Shown here: positions 1-9,896 of the stretch, in pieces
Layout of the letters: every line of letters starts with the position of its first letter
Position numbering within the stretch: the first letter of the stretch is position 1
DNA from: Promethearchaeota archaeon
GTDB taxonomy: Archaea > Asgardarchaeota > Lokiarchaeia > Sigyniarchaeales > SOKP01
DNA length: 64,000 nt
Assembly: GCA_048941015.1 (NCBI GenBank)
Contig: JBHLNZ010000002.1
Location: 8,617-72,616, forward strand
Direction of reading: 5' to 3'
Program-made: the position numbers and the translations under genes
Notes under the pieces: model-generated
The model's input: only the letters and a program-made list of their open reading frames with translations
The model's database searches: none
Told to the model about the DNA's origin: nothing

Positions 1-630
1 GAAGAAATTCAACCTTATCTCGAAATTGCAGTCGATAAAATTCTGGAGGGAAATATTATTGCTTTTCCTACAGACTCTGTTTATGGGATAGGAGGAGATC
101 CTCTTAATCATAATGTTATTGATAAAATATATAAAATAAAATTTCGGGACAAGTCCAAAGGTTTATTACTATTAGTTTCTGATCTAGAAGAAGCTGCAAA
201 AATTGCTGAATTCAATGAATTAGCAACCAGATTAGCTAAGGAATTTTGGCCAGGACAACTTACTTTAATCTTGAAAAGAAAAGAGCCAAATATTATTCCA
301 CAAGAACTAACTGCTTTTAAGGATACTATAGGGTTAAGAATTCCGAGTAATGAAATTCTTTTGAATATTTTAAAAATATTAAAATTAAGAGGATTTTTTG
401 GAGGAATCATAGGGACTTCAGCAAATTATTCGGGAGAATCTCCTAGTATCAGTGGTGATGAAGTAGCTAAAAAATTTTTAAGTCCAATTGATTTAATAAT
501 TGATGGTGGTAAATCAAAATCAAAAGTAGCTACGACGATTATTAAATGTACGAGTGAGAAGCCAGAATTTTTACGTATTGGAAAAATTACGGAAGAACAA
601 ATACAAGAAATGCTTAAGATTAATAACTAA
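1..630 (+). CDS. tsaC: L-threonylcarbamoyladenylate synthase, YrdC/Sua5 (TsaC) family; 5' end cut by window edge
   Basis: Frame 1 is open from nt 1 (EEIQPYLEIAVDKILEGNIIAFPTDSVYGIGGDP...) and runs into the listed 271..630 ORF. FPTDSVYG, GLRIPS and TSAN.SG motifs are typical of the YrdC fold. Confidence 0.8.
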   Translation, partial: EEIQPYLEIAVDKILEGNIIAFPTDSVYGIGGDPLNHNVIDKIYKIKFRDKSKGLLLLVSDLEEAAKIAEFNELATRLAKEFWPGQLTLILKRKEPNIIPQELTAFKDTIGLRIPSNEILLNILKILKLRGFFGGIIGTSANYSGESPSISGDEVAKKFLSPIDLIIDGGKSKSKVATTIIKCTSEKPEFLRIGKITEEQIQEMLKINN

Positions 631-649
631 AAAAATTTGGGGTTCAAAT

Positions 650-1180
650 TTGAATAATTTCAATCTATTGGTGTCTACTTCACGATTTAATGAAGTGAAC
701 GCGAAAGCAGAACTATGGTTTTTGTTGTTGATTTGCGGAGATAAATATCCTATAATTGCTAGTGTTGAATTTTCAGGTCTTATAACAGCCTTTACAAGAC
801 TTGATGCTAAAGACGTAATTGTTAAAATTAAAGAGATTTTGGAAAAAGATCCAAACTTTTTTCAATACATTCTAAAAATTATTCCTATTGATTATGTTTG
901 TGAAACAAATATAGGGACAATAAAAGAATTAGTTCAAAAAAATTATGAAGCTTATATCAATCATGATGAATCATTTAAAATTCTTTTGAAGCGAAGAAAA
1001 AATGAAAAAATCGATAGGTATGTTTTCATAGAAAGTATAGCAAAATTAGTTGACAAGAAAGTAGATTTAACTAATCCAGACAAATTGATTTGGATTGAAG
1101 TATTGGGAAACAGATGTGGTATCTCATTCTTAAAATCTGATCAAATAATTAGTTTGAATTCTAAAACTTTAAAGAATTAA
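650..1180 (+). CDS. THUMP-domain RNA-binding protein (start uncertain)
   Basis: C-terminal VDLTNPDKLIWIEVLGNRCGISFL is a typical THUMP signature. The listed GTG at 554 overlaps tsaC by 77 nt. An in-frame TTG at 650 lies just after the tsaC stop. Confidence 0.6.
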   Translation: MNNFNLLVSTSRFNEVNAKAELWFLLLICGDKYPIIASVEFSGLITAFTRLDAKDVIVKIKEILEKDPNFFQYILKIIPIDYVCETNIGTIKELVQKNYEAYINHDESFKILLKRRKNEKIDRYVFIESIAKLVDKKVDLTNPDKLIWIEVLGNRCGISFLKSDQIISLNSKTLKN

Positions 1181-1833
1181 ACCGAACTAACTTTTTCTAA
1201 GCTCAACAATGCCATTCGCTCACAGATTAGATCATTTAAAGCTAAATAAAGAGAGTTGAGATCATCTATATTTGGATTTTCGATATCAACATCAATATTA
1301 TATGATTTCAATATTGAGGTTATTTGATTTACTGAGAAACCAAAGTATTTACTTATTATATTAAATTTTTCAATATTTAGGTTGTTAAGAATAAATTTAG
1401 TTTCAACAGCTTTCAATAACGTATTTACATAATTATATATTTTATTTATAGTTTGATCAGATGATATTATACACAAATTAATTATTCCTTTCTTTAAATA
1501 TTCTAAATCAATTCCGAAATCATTAATCGCATCTTTTATTTGCCTTTTTGTTGCTAGATATAATAAAAATTCAAGTTCTTTCTGATTTGATATGTTCGTT
1601 TCATAATAGAAAGATTTTTGTGTGAAATAACATGCATGATAAATATGTTGAGTATTCAATACGTACTTGTCATTGAAAAACTGTAAGTAGCTATTTTTAT
1701 ATTTATTTTTAATTACATTTACTAATTCAAGTAAGTGTTGTAATTCTAAATTACTAGAATCTAATTTAATTTGACCAATTCCAACGAAATATTTTAATTG
1801 TATATCATATATTAAAAACTCTTCAATAATCAT
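1177..1833 (-). CDS. cgi121: KEOPS subunit Cgi121-like protein
   Basis: ELEFLLYLATKRQIKDAINDFGI...GIINLCIISSD and C-terminal LICERMALLSLEK resemble archaeal Cgi121. The internal Met (MIIEEF) at 1833 abuts the EcfT stop, so the first 34 codons of the listed ORF are probably not translated. Confidence 0.45.
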   Translation of the reverse strand: MIIEEFLIYDIQLKYFVGIGQIKLDSSNLELQHLLELVNVIKNKYKNSYLQFFNDKYVLNTQHIYHACYFTQKSFYYETNISNQKELEFLLYLATKRQIKDAINDFGIDLEYLKKGIINLCIISSDQTINKIYNYVNTLLKAVETKFILNNLNIEKFNIISKYFGFSVNQITSILKSYNIDVDIENPNIDDLNSLYLALNDLICERMALLSLEKVSSV

Positions 1834-2582
1834 AATGGAAAACTCCAGCCAACCCAGCTTGGAAGCAAATTGAATTCTATCCGAATAAAAATTATAATTG
1901 AAAATATTAAAAGTAAGTAAATTGTAAATAGCCAATCCTTAAAGTCATATTTAATAATAAAATAAAATGTGCGTTCTTTTTTACTACCAAATGCTCTTGA
2001 TTCAAGAGCTTCTGCTACGTTGAAAGCCCGTTTGATTGAATTCACTATTAATGGAACAAGTAAAGGGAATAGATTTTTTATTTGGTTTATTATCCCTTTC
2101 TTTTGCAGTTCATAACCTCGACTCTGTTGGGCATCAATTATACTTTGTGCTTCAATTGCTATCGTAGGAACAAAACGAAATGCTAATGAAAAAGAGAAAG
2201 CAAATTCATAAGGAAATTTCATTGAAATTAATGATAATGCTAAATCATTAGGATCTACCGTTAAGAAGAAGATTGAGAAAGCGGAAATCATTATTGAAAT
2301 TCTTAAGATCATAGCTATAGCAAAATTTAATGATAAGAACAATGTATTCAAGAAAAGTACCAATAAGAAGAGAAACGATAAGCCGCGGATACTTTTAAAC
2401 CACATTTTAAATAATCTTCCAGAAAAGATTATCGGAATTAACGTTAAAAATAACAACAATAACGGAATGATTTCAGTAAATAATAATGCGCTTATTGTGT
2501 AGATTATTGCAAATAATAATTTAGCTCGAGGATCTAAATTATGTATGAAAGTTTGCTTTTTTAAAAACTTAAAAGCATTCAA
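1830..2582 (-). CDS. ecfT: ECF transporter transmembrane (T) component, EcfT/CbiQ family
   Basis: Polytopic membrane protein with LDPRAKLL near the N-terminus and conserved Arg-containing cytoplasmic helices. It lies directly downstream of two ECF-type ABC ATPases. Confidence 0.8.
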   Translation of the reverse strand: MNAFKFLKKQTFIHNLDPRAKLLFAIIYTISALLFTEIIPLLLLFLTLIPIIFSGRLFKMWFKSIRGLSFLFLLVLFLNTLFLSLNFAIAMILRISIMISAFSIFFLTVDPNDLALSLISMKFPYEFAFSFSLAFRFVPTIAIEAQSIIDAQQSRGYELQKKGIINQIKNLFPLLVPLIVNSIKRAFNVAEALESRAFGSKKERTFYFIIKYDFKDWLFTIYLLLIFSIIIFIRIEFNLLPSWVGWSFPL

Positions 2583-2627
2583 AAATTCTAATGAAATTGA
2601 CTATTCCCCTCTCTAACATTATAGATT

Positions 2628-3464
2628 TTATTTTAAATAATCATTCAGAAAATTTATGACTTCTTCTTGTTTAAATATATCTTTTGGAACATTTATACCG
2701 TTCTCTTGTAAAGCATCTTTAAATTGGTAAATTTGTGGTAAAACTAATGATGCTTTTGTAATTAAATTTTTATTAGCTAATATCTCTCTTGTAGGACCAT
2801 CAGCAATTATATTTCCTTCTGACATTAAAATCGTTCTAGGAACATATTCCAATGAGAATTCAATATTATGAGTGACAATTATTATTGTTTTTCCAGCCTC
2901 TCTTTCACTTTGAAGAAGATCGATGAGAAATTTAATTTCCTTTGCATCTTGACCTAGGGTAGGTTCATCGAATATCAATATTTGTGGATTTCGGCAAATT
3001 ATAGAAGCTACAGCCAATTTCTTAGATTCTCCACCTGATAAATTAAAAGGAGATCTTTCTTTATATTTTTCTAAATTAAATTGTTTTAATATATTTTGAG
3101 TTTTAATTTGAACTTCTTCTTTACCTAAATCGAGATTTTTCAAAGAAAATTTAATTTCTTCTTCAATAGTGTTGGAAAATAACTGATGCATAGGATTTTG
3201 AAAAACAATTCCTACATACTTAGATAGATTCGCAATAGTTTTATTGTTAGTATTTTCACCATTTATATAAATTTGACCTTTTATTGGTCGCAATAACCCA
3301 TTTAACGTTCTAATAAGAGTAGTTTTCCCTGCTCCATTCTGTCCCATTATTGCTATGAAATCTCCCTTATGAACGATTAAATTAATTTGATTAAGAGCTC
3401 TTGTTCCATTTGGATAAACATATTCGACGTCCTTTATAAGAATTTGTGGAATGACTTTAGAAAT
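2628..3464 (-). CDS. ecfA2: ECF transporter ATPase EcfA2 (no canonical start codon; see findings)
   Basis: Walker A GQNGAGKTT, signature LSGGESKK and Walker B ILIFDEPT. The conserved N-terminal strand (ILIKDVEYVYPNGTRALNQINLIVHKGDFIAIMG) extends upstream of the only ATG (3347), to ATT at 3464 or ATA at 3470. Confidence 0.8.
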   Translation of the reverse strand: MSKVIPQILIKDVEYVYPNGTRALNQINLIVHKGDFIAIMGQNGAGKTTLIRTLNGLLRPIKGQIYINGENTNNKTIANLSKYVGIVFQNPMHQLFSNTIEEEIKFSLKNLDLGKEEVQIKTQNILKQFNLEKYKERSPFNLSGGESKKLAVASIICRNPQILIFDEPTLGQDAKEIKFLIDLLQSEREAGKTIIIVTHNIEFSLEYVPRTILMSEGNIIADGPTREILANKNLITKASLVLPQIYQFKDALQENGINVPKDIFKQEEVINFLNDYLK

Positions 3465-3466
3465 AT

Positions 3467-4321
3467 TTATCTCCTCTGTGTAAGATTAACATTTTTTAAA
3501 GCTATTATTACTTCTTCAATCGAAATAGGAATTTTATTTTCAAATAACTTTGGATTATTTAACTGAGTGAAAATTGAGTAAATGATAGGTTTATTTATAT
3601 TTAATTTTTGAAAATTTTCGCTTTGTATTACATTTTCTTTACTATCATGAGTGATTATTCTTCCCTTATCAATAATTATAATTTCATCAACTACAGGAAG
3701 AACCAAATCCATTCGATGTTCACTTATGATAACAGTCACATTCTTTTCTTTTTGAATCTTTTTTAATAATAACATTATTTTGTAAGCAAAAAAAGGATCT
3801 AAGCTAGCAGTAGGTTCGTCTAATATTATAATTTTTGGATTTAACACCAATATTGAAGCAATAGCAACTCTTTGTTGTTCTCCACCACTTAATTCAAAAG
3901 GAGCTTTATCTATCAAATGTTCGATCTCTGTGAGTCTAACTACTTCTTTTATACTTTTTTCTATAATATCTCTTGGTATACCTAGATTTTCCATGCCAAA
4001 AGCAATTTCGTGCTCCACATTCATAGCAATTAATTGGTTTTCTGGATTTTGAAAAACTATTCCCACAAGGGTGGATAAATCTGCAATTGGAGTTGAAACA
4101 GTATTCCTTCCAGAAATTTCAACAGAACCCTTATAATATCCAGCATAAAATTGGGGTATTAACCCATTCATACATCTTATAAGGGAAGTTTTTCCAGAAC
4201 CAGTCTCACCAGCTAATAAAATGAATTTATTGGGATTTACTTTTAAATCTATATCATTTAAGGCATAATCCTCGTTTCCTTTATATCGAAAGGAAAACTT
4301 ATTAAATTTTATTAAACTCAT
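3467..4321 (-). CDS. ecfA1: ECF transporter ATPase EcfA1
   Basis: Walker A GETGSGKTS, signature LSGGEQQR and Walker B IIILDEPT. Confidence 0.85.
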   Translation of the reverse strand: MSLIKFNKFSFRYKGNEDYALNDIDLKVNPNKFILLAGETGSGKTSLIRCMNGLIPQFYAGYYKGSVEISGRNTVSTPIADLSTLVGIVFQNPENQLIAMNVEHEIAFGMENLGIPRDIIEKSIKEVVRLTEIEHLIDKAPFELSGGEQQRVAIASILVLNPKIIILDEPTASLDPFFAYKIMLLLKKIQKEKNVTVIISEHRMDLVLPVVDEIIIIDKGRIITHDSKENVIQSENFQKLNINKPIIYSIFTQLNNPKLFENKIPISIEEVIIALKNVNLTQRR

Positions 4322-4355
4322 ATTGAAGAAGAAAGAAATCTTATTTTTTATTAGA

Positions 4356-5363
4356 TTACGACATTATTAAAATTTGTTTAATATTTTCTAATATCTCATT
4401 TATTGCTACTTTTAAATCATAAATCCCACTTACACTAGCAGCTCCATCATGACCTCCTCCACTTCCTTCGCTTACATTATTCAAAATCTTACCAAGGTGT
4501 AATCCAGTTTCTAAACAAATATCACTTCTAGCACGGGTAGTAATTTTAAATTCTGATTTTTCCTTTGAACTAACGATTACTATATCAAAACCAAGATTTA
4601 TTAACATAGAAGCAACAGAAGCACCAAAACTGCTTACCTTTGTAATTCCTATTAGATATTTATCTATCTTTATCAATTGTGCTCTTTGCATTCCTTTAAT
4701 CTTAGCAATTTTTTCTGATATATCTACATTATATGTTAGTAAAGTTAGAATGTCTTGAATTTCTATTTCTTTAGTCAATAATTCTGAACTTCGTTTTAAT
4801 GTATCATTATTCGAATATTTAAAAAAGCCAGAATCAGTTAAAATTGCAGCTAAAATAAGAGATCTATATAATGGGGGAAAATTTACCTGGGAATATTTTG
4901 AAAGTTCATAAATTATTTCTGCTGTAGACGTAAAGTTGTCATATATTAAATTTTTTGAGATTATATTATTATTGTATCTTTTATTTAGATTTAAATGATG
5001 ATCTACAAATATAAATGGAATTTGAGAATGATCAATGTCAAATTGAGACTCAAATTCAACTAGATCTAAATTATTTGTATCTAATATAATCATAACCTCA
5101 AAATTGGATAAATCTACTTTTGTATTATATGTAAAATCAAAATCTGGATGCTTATTAGAAAATTTTTCTCTGAATTCTTTTACTTGTTTAGTTATCTCAG
5201 AAAATTTAATTTCTATATTTGGATTAGATAAAATTAAATTAAGAAGATATTTTAAGAGATAGGAAGAAACAAACCCATCAACATCAACTAAATTATGAGT
5301 AGTAATTAAAATACTTTTATTTTTTAGGAAAGAAAGAAAGTCATCAAATTTTTGATAAATCAT
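4356..5363 (-). CDS. DHH/DHHA1 family phosphoesterase (NrnA-like)
   Basis: Motifs HNLVDVDG, ILDT, VDHH and C-terminal GGGHDGAAS. Confidence 0.75.
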   Translation of the reverse strand: MIYQKFDDFLSFLKNKSILITTHNLVDVDGFVSSYLLKYLLNLILSNPNIEIKFSEITKQVKEFREKFSNKHPDFDFTYNTKVDLSNFEVMIILDTNNLDLVEFESQFDIDHSQIPFIFVDHHLNLNKRYNNNIISKNLIYDNFTSTAEIIYELSKYSQVNFPPLYRSLILAAILTDSGFFKYSNNDTLKRSSELLTKEIEIQDILTLLTYNVDISEKIAKIKGMQRAQLIKIDKYLIGITKVSSFGASVASMLINLGFDIVIVSSKEKSEFKITTRARSDICLETGLHLGKILNNVSEGSGGGHDGAASVSGIYDLKVAINEILENIKQILIMS

Positions 5364-5378
5364 ATAAATTCTTTTTAT

Positions 5379-5735
5379 TTATGTGTTTTTGAGATCTGCT
5401 TGAAGTGATTTCTGTAATGTCTCGAAACTATTTTTAGTCCTTTCGGTTTTTTGATCGATTGTTTTTAATCTCATTTCTAATGTAACTTTTAGATTCTTTT
5501 TCTCATCAAGTAGTTTATCTCGTGAACTTTTTACCATCACTCCTCCAATATTTTTATACACAATAGTATCAGCTGAAGCTTCGGTTAAATTTTCGATTGC
5601 TAGTTCTGTTTCCTTTAATGAAGTTTCGAGTTGAATCTTCTGTTGAGTTAGAAATTCAAGACTTTGACTTAATGCTGATAAATTTTGAATTTTCTTTTTA
5701 GTCTCTTCATCTAATTGGTCAAAATTTATTGTCAT
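5379..5735 (-). CDS. pfdB: prefoldin beta subunit
   Basis: 118-aa two-helix coiled coil with a central beta-hairpin (IVYKNIGGVMVKSS). Its position at the end of the exosome superoperon is conserved. Confidence 0.8.
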   Translation of the reverse strand: MTINFDQLDEETKKKIQNLSALSQSLEFLTQQKIQLETSLKETELAIENLTEASADTIVYKNIGGVMVKSSRDKLLDEKKNLKVTLEMRLKTIDQKTERTKNSFETLQKSLQADLKNT

Positions 5736-5817
5736 TTAATTTAACACATTTTATATTTTGAATTTAAAAAATATTAAAACTAATATGAAATTTACGGATT
5801 ATTCGAAAAATTTTTTA

Positions 5818-6084
5818 TTATTCGTCAGTAATTCGAACGCTATTATCTATTATTTTTCCAAAGTTAATAATTTCATTAACTGAGGCTCTAAAAGCAGTAA
5901 TATCATTACTTTCAATTTGAAATGTTAAAGATTTTTCTTTTTTTTCAATAACAATTTTAGATCTTAAAGATCTTCTATTACTAAATTCAGGTAAAAAGGA
6001 GTTGTATGAAATCTCACACAATTCAGAATTTTTAAAGTTGAGTTCTATTACAGATTTAATATTATAGAAATTCTGATTATTCAT
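5818..6084 (-). CDS. pcc1: KEOPS subunit Pcc1-like protein
   Basis: 88 aa; LTFQIESNDITAFRASVNEIINFGKII matches the Pcc1/CTAG pattern. Its start overlaps the eL43 stop by 1 nt. Confidence 0.55.
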   Translation of the reverse strand: MNNQNFYNIKSVIELNFKNSELCEISYNSFLPEFSNRRSLRSKIVIEKKEKSLTFQIESNDITAFRASVNEIINFGKIIDNSVRITDE

Positions 6085-6383
6085 TATTCTTCTATTGCTT
6101 CCAATTCTCTTTGCTTTCGTTTTGATACTCTAAAAGATTCTGCTCCTCGAGGTGTTTCTATGTAATAAGCTCCTCCTGTAAATCGAGCATCGCATTTTCT
6201 ACAATGCCATATACCTGTGGACACTCTTTCTATAAATCCTTTTGATTCACATTTAGGACATTTAATCTTACCACTTTTTTGCCGCTCCATGATTAATCTC
6301 CATTTTTTCCTCACATTAGCACCATATCTTGCTTGAAATCTGCCGGAAATGCCACTTTTTTTAAGTTTACTCACTTTAAACAC
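6084..6383 (-). CDS. rpl37ae: ribosomal protein eL43 (L37Ae)
   Basis: Zinc ribbon CPKC...CRKC followed by FTGGAY; basic N-terminus; GTG start. Confidence 0.9.
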   Translation of the reverse strand: MFKVSKLKKSGISGRFQARYGANVRKKWRLIMERQKSGKIKCPKCESKGFIERVSTGIWHCRKCDARFTGGAYYIETPRGAESFRVSKRKQRELEAIEE

Positions 6384-6517
6384 AATTTATTTTAGTTTTT
6401 AATAATAAAATAAAAAATTTTATGAACTATAAACTTTACCTTAAGGCTACCTTGTAAAGTCATAAAATAGAACATTAAATATAAAAAAAATAATCAAATA
6501 AAATTTTATTTTAAAAT

Positions 6518-7345
6518 TTATTTATAATCGACTTTATATTGCCATAAATCTAAATCTTTTCGTATCTTTTTTCCAATTTCCATAGATTTTTGGCAAAGCA
6601 TTTTAATTTCATCAACAGAAAACGTTGCTGGTCCACTTTTTTGAATTGATGTAATTTTATTTTCAGTGACGGAAATAGATATTTTACCTTCACAAATTAG
6701 CTCCTCTGGCAAATTAGGATCTAAGAAGATCGTATCTTCGATTTTTCCATAAGTTAATACTAAAGGGAGTTCTTTTACTATTGTTTCTCCAGTTAAATAT
6801 TTTCCAGTCCATTCTAGATTACCATCAACCAATTTTCCTTCAGGTACATGGCTAGAAATCAAAGAAACTAGTGCACTAATCCCTCCTGCGTCAATTAAAT
6901 TACCTGCATAATTAATTACATATATATCAACGAATAATATATAAACAGCCTCATTTTCTTTTATGCATAATTTCTTTGTTTGAACGCAATCAGCATGTCT
7001 AATTCCACGATCTACAACACGAGCTAACTCAATAGACTGCTCATCTGGTGGTCCTCTTTCAAACAATGGAGATGCTAAAGGTAATAATTCAGCCATGATT
7101 GTACAAACACCTTCATCCGGAATATCAGGAAAAGGTTCACCAACTTCATATTTTAACCCTGTGATAACTCGAGTATCTCCTAATTGAACATCAGCAGACC
7201 CTTCAGCAGAAGCTATAAGGTCATGATCAATCTTCCATTTACGATATTCCCACAATCCTCGACCATCAATTCGTTCTTCTTTTTTTAAATTATGAATAAT
7301 ATAATTTTTTTCTACTCTTGAAATAATTCGTTTTATATTCATCAT
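6518..7345 (-). CDS. rrp42: exosome complex component Rrp42
   Basis: RNase PH-like fold (RIDGR, DGNLIDAGG-type segment), adjacent to Rrp41. Confidence 0.85.
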   Translation of the reverse strand: MMNIKRIISRVEKNYIIHNLKKEERIDGRGLWEYRKWKIDHDLIASAEGSADVQLGDTRVITGLKYEVGEPFPDIPDEGVCTIMAELLPLASPLFERGPPDEQSIELARVVDRGIRHADCVQTKKLCIKENEAVYILFVDIYVINYAGNLIDAGGISALVSLISSHVPEGKLVDGNLEWTGKYLTGETIVKELPLVLTYGKIEDTIFLDPNLPEELICEGKISISVTENKITSIQKSGPATFSVDEIKMLCQKSMEIGKKIRKDLDLWQYKVDYK

Positions 7346-7347
7346 GG

Positions 7348-8109
7348 TTATTTCTCTCCTCCTATTGTTTCTTGTTGAATTGCTATATACTTACTTTTCA
7401 GTGTTTCAAGTTGCATTTGATAAATTTTTGCCATTGCATCTTTTGCTAATACTAGACATTGATTTATCTCATTCAAAGTCATATCCCCATCAAATTGTAG
7501 TAGTGAAATTTCTTCATTAAACCATGTTATGGCGCATGGTAAATCTGCTCCTCCCGCTTTGTCTTCTATTCCTGACAAGTCTGTTACTAATTCTCCATCA
7601 ATTCTTCCTATTGCGACAGAAGTGACAAGACTTCTCATAGGGATGCCTGCATCTGCTAATGCTAATGCGGCTACGGTGGTACTTGCACATCTTGTTCCTC
7701 CATCAGCATCCATGACATCAATAAAAACTTCAAAGGCGGTACCAGGATATAATTCAAGAAAAAGAACAGGTTCCAAACAATCAGTTATTATCATTGAAAT
7801 TTCTTTCTCTCTTCTACCCGGAGCAGGTCGTTTGCGGTCAAATACTGAAAATGTTGCCATACGATAAAAAACTCTCAATACACCTCTATCAGGTTTCGCT
7901 AAATGATGTGGGTGAACTTCTCTTGGTCCATAAACAGCAGCATAAATCTTATTATTACCCCATTCTAAGTATGCAGAACCATCGGCGTTGTTAATTACTC
8001 CAACTTTCATTTTAATAGGTCTTAACTCATGTTTATCTCGACCATCAAGTCTTTTACCATCTTCTCTAAATAATTTGGTTGGATATTCATCTTTAATAAT
8101 TAACGGCAT
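7348..8109 (-). CDS. rrp41: exosome complex exonuclease Rrp41 (RNase PH domain)
   Basis: REDGKRLDGR, GSAYLEWGNNK and DADGGTRCAS motifs. Confidence 0.9.
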   Translation of the reverse strand: MPLIIKDEYPTKLFREDGKRLDGRDKHELRPIKMKVGVINNADGSAYLEWGNNKIYAAVYGPREVHPHHLAKPDRGVLRVFYRMATFSVFDRKRPAPGRREKEISMIITDCLEPVLFLELYPGTAFEVFIDVMDADGGTRCASTTVAALALADAGIPMRSLVTSVAIGRIDGELVTDLSGIEDKAGGADLPCAITWFNEEISLLQFDGDMTLNEINQCLVLAKDAMAKIYQMQLETLKSKYIAIQQETIGGEK

Positions 8110-8891
8110 TATGCTATACCTCTTTCTTTTTTTTCATTTTCTATATAAAGGGACATTCGGTCTGTTAAGCCAACCGTATGAGCTTCCCTTTCGATTTTTC
8201 TTATTGCATCAATAAGCAGCCTTTCATGAGCGATATCATCGCCTTTTAGCCAAATTCGCCCATTTTGTGTTACAAAAATATTACAATTGGTTAGGTTCTT
8301 AAGAATCTTAATCATTGAACCATTTCGACCAATAACTCGTGGAATTTTTGGTGGATCAATAGAAATTACAATTCCATTCGATCTCTTACCTAAGTATTTA
8401 CCAACAGTTGTTAATTCTGGTCTATTTAATCTATCTGCAGATATAACTTTTACAATTAAGATATCACCAATTTCATATTTCTCTGTTGACGTATCTTCTT
8501 GTTGATGAGAAGATCCTCTCCCAACTCTTAATTTACTTCTTTTAGTAGTATTTCTTGGTTTTAATATCCCAATATCTTTCGCATTAATATCACAAATATA
8601 TTTAACAGGACTTTTATCAACCACTAGCGCTATAATTTTATCTCCAGGACGAGGTGTATAAAAACCTCTAAGCGGAATTACATTTATATAATTTTTCTTT
8701 ATTTGTTTTAATCCTATATTTAAGGAGATAATTTTAGACTTCTCTTTATTTAAAATTGTCCCTCTTCCTGGCAAAAAATTTTCTGTATCTTCGCTTAATA
8801 CTTCTCCAGGAACAACTAAATCTCTAGTAGTTTCTTCATCTTCAAATTCGTCACTATCTTCAGGTTCTTCATCTAACTCATCATTTTCCAT
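8109..8891 (-). CDS. rrp4: exosome RNA-binding subunit Rrp4 (S1 + KH) with acidic N-terminal extension
   Basis: VVPGEVL, S1-like PRPGDKIIALV and KH segment IPRVIGRNGSMIKIL. Its stop overlaps the rrp41 start by 1 nt. Confidence 0.85.
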   Translation of the reverse strand: MENDELDEEPEDSDEFEDEETTRDLVVPGEVLSEDTENFLPGRGTILNKEKSKIISLNIGLKQIKKNYINVIPLRGFYTPRPGDKIIALVVDKSPVKYICDINAKDIGILKPRNTTKRSKLRVGRGSSHQQEDTSTEKYEIGDILIVKVISADRLNRPELTTVGKYLGKRSNGIVISIDPPKIPRVIGRNGSMIKILKNLTNCNIFVTQNGRIWLKGDDIAHERLLIDAIRKIEREAHTVGLTDRMSLYIENEKKERGIA

Positions 8892-8984
8892 ATGTAGTTA
8901 TTCACTCTCCTTGCATTTATTTATATTTATTCCTAACCTTTCTCCAAAAAATAACGCAAATCGAATTAATTAAAAATAATAAGG

Positions 8985-9776
8985 CTAGGATTTCAAGAGT
9001 TTGGTTTGAACTCTACCATGTGTTAGTTTGTTTAATTTATCTATTAGTTCCATTTGTAATCCTGCTGGAAGAACCACGACTGAAACCCACGAACCATCTG
9101 ATTGCCATTCTTCTTTTTTGATTTGCGCTAACTGAGCAACGATATTATAACCCTTAGCTGTAAATGCTGAAGGTATTTTTATTGCTAATTCAACTTGTTC
9201 CATTCGAATAGGGATGATTGCTCTCAAACTTTTGACAATATCATCTACTTGTTCTTCGGCACTTCTAATTAAATCGATTTTGACTTTTGCTTCTTCAATT
9301 GCTTTTTCAATTCTCTGATAAGGATGGGGTTTTTTATTTTGAGGGTTAATTGCATTTTTTGAAATAATTGTAATAATTTGCTTTAGTTTCTTTTGTCGTT
9401 CTTCTTCTCTCTGACTTTTAGTCCAGTGAACTTCTCCGTCAAGTAAAATATAAGCAGCTATCGTTCTGCCATCAGTAGTATTGAATACAGCTTCCATATC
9501 ACCATCAGTTGCTTTTTTTCCTCGTCTCAAATCTTCAAAAATAGTAAAGCTTTCAAAAATGAGATCAATAGAGATATTTGGATTATCTAATATTTCTTTA
9601 ACTGTTAAACGAGACTTCTTACTTCCTTCTTTTAACCTTTTATCAATTTCTTCTCGAATTATTTTTTTTGCTTCCCAAGCTTTATCGGGATCTAATAACA
9701 TTTCAAATGTTCTTCCCTCTTTCTCAATACGTCCAATAATATATCCGCCTAAATCAATTCTAGCTCTGTCAATCAT
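8985..9776 (-). CDS. sdo1: SBDS-family ribosome maturation protein (Sdo1)
   Basis: N-terminal FYSH-like GRTFEMLLDPDKAWE. Its position between psmA and rrp4 is conserved. Confidence 0.85.
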   Translation of the reverse strand: MIDRARIDLGGYIIGRIEKEGRTFEMLLDPDKAWEAKKIIREEIDKRLKEGSKKSRLTVKEILDNPNISIDLIFESFTIFEDLRRGKKATDGDMEAVFNTTDGRTIAAYILLDGEVHWTKSQREEERQKKLKQIITIISKNAINPQNKKPHPYQRIEKAIEEAKVKIDLIRSAEEQVDDIVKSLRAIIPIRMEQVELAIKIPSAFTAKGYNIVAQLAQIKKEEWQSDGSWVSVVVLPAGLQMELIDKLNKLTHGRVQTKLLKS

Positions 9777-9896
9777 AAAATGAATTCACAACATTTGATA
9801 TTGAAATTACCGTTTTTTGCCTATTCCTTTTACTGATCTTCGCATTATATGATAATTATTAATGGGGCTGAGCTTGAAGCTTCAAATTTTGAATTT

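Noticed and set aside
108-410. 100-aa minus-strand ORF overlapping the tsaC coding region.
   Set aside because: It is antisense to a well-supported YrdC-family gene. The sequence is low-complexity and hydrophobic, typical of shadow ORFs in AT-rich DNA.
7529-8505. Plus-strand ORFs 7529..7867, 7794..7994, 7988..8215 and 8287..8505.
   Set aside because: All are antisense to the rrp41 and rrp4 genes, which have clear catalytic and RNA-binding motifs. None has a recognisable motif.
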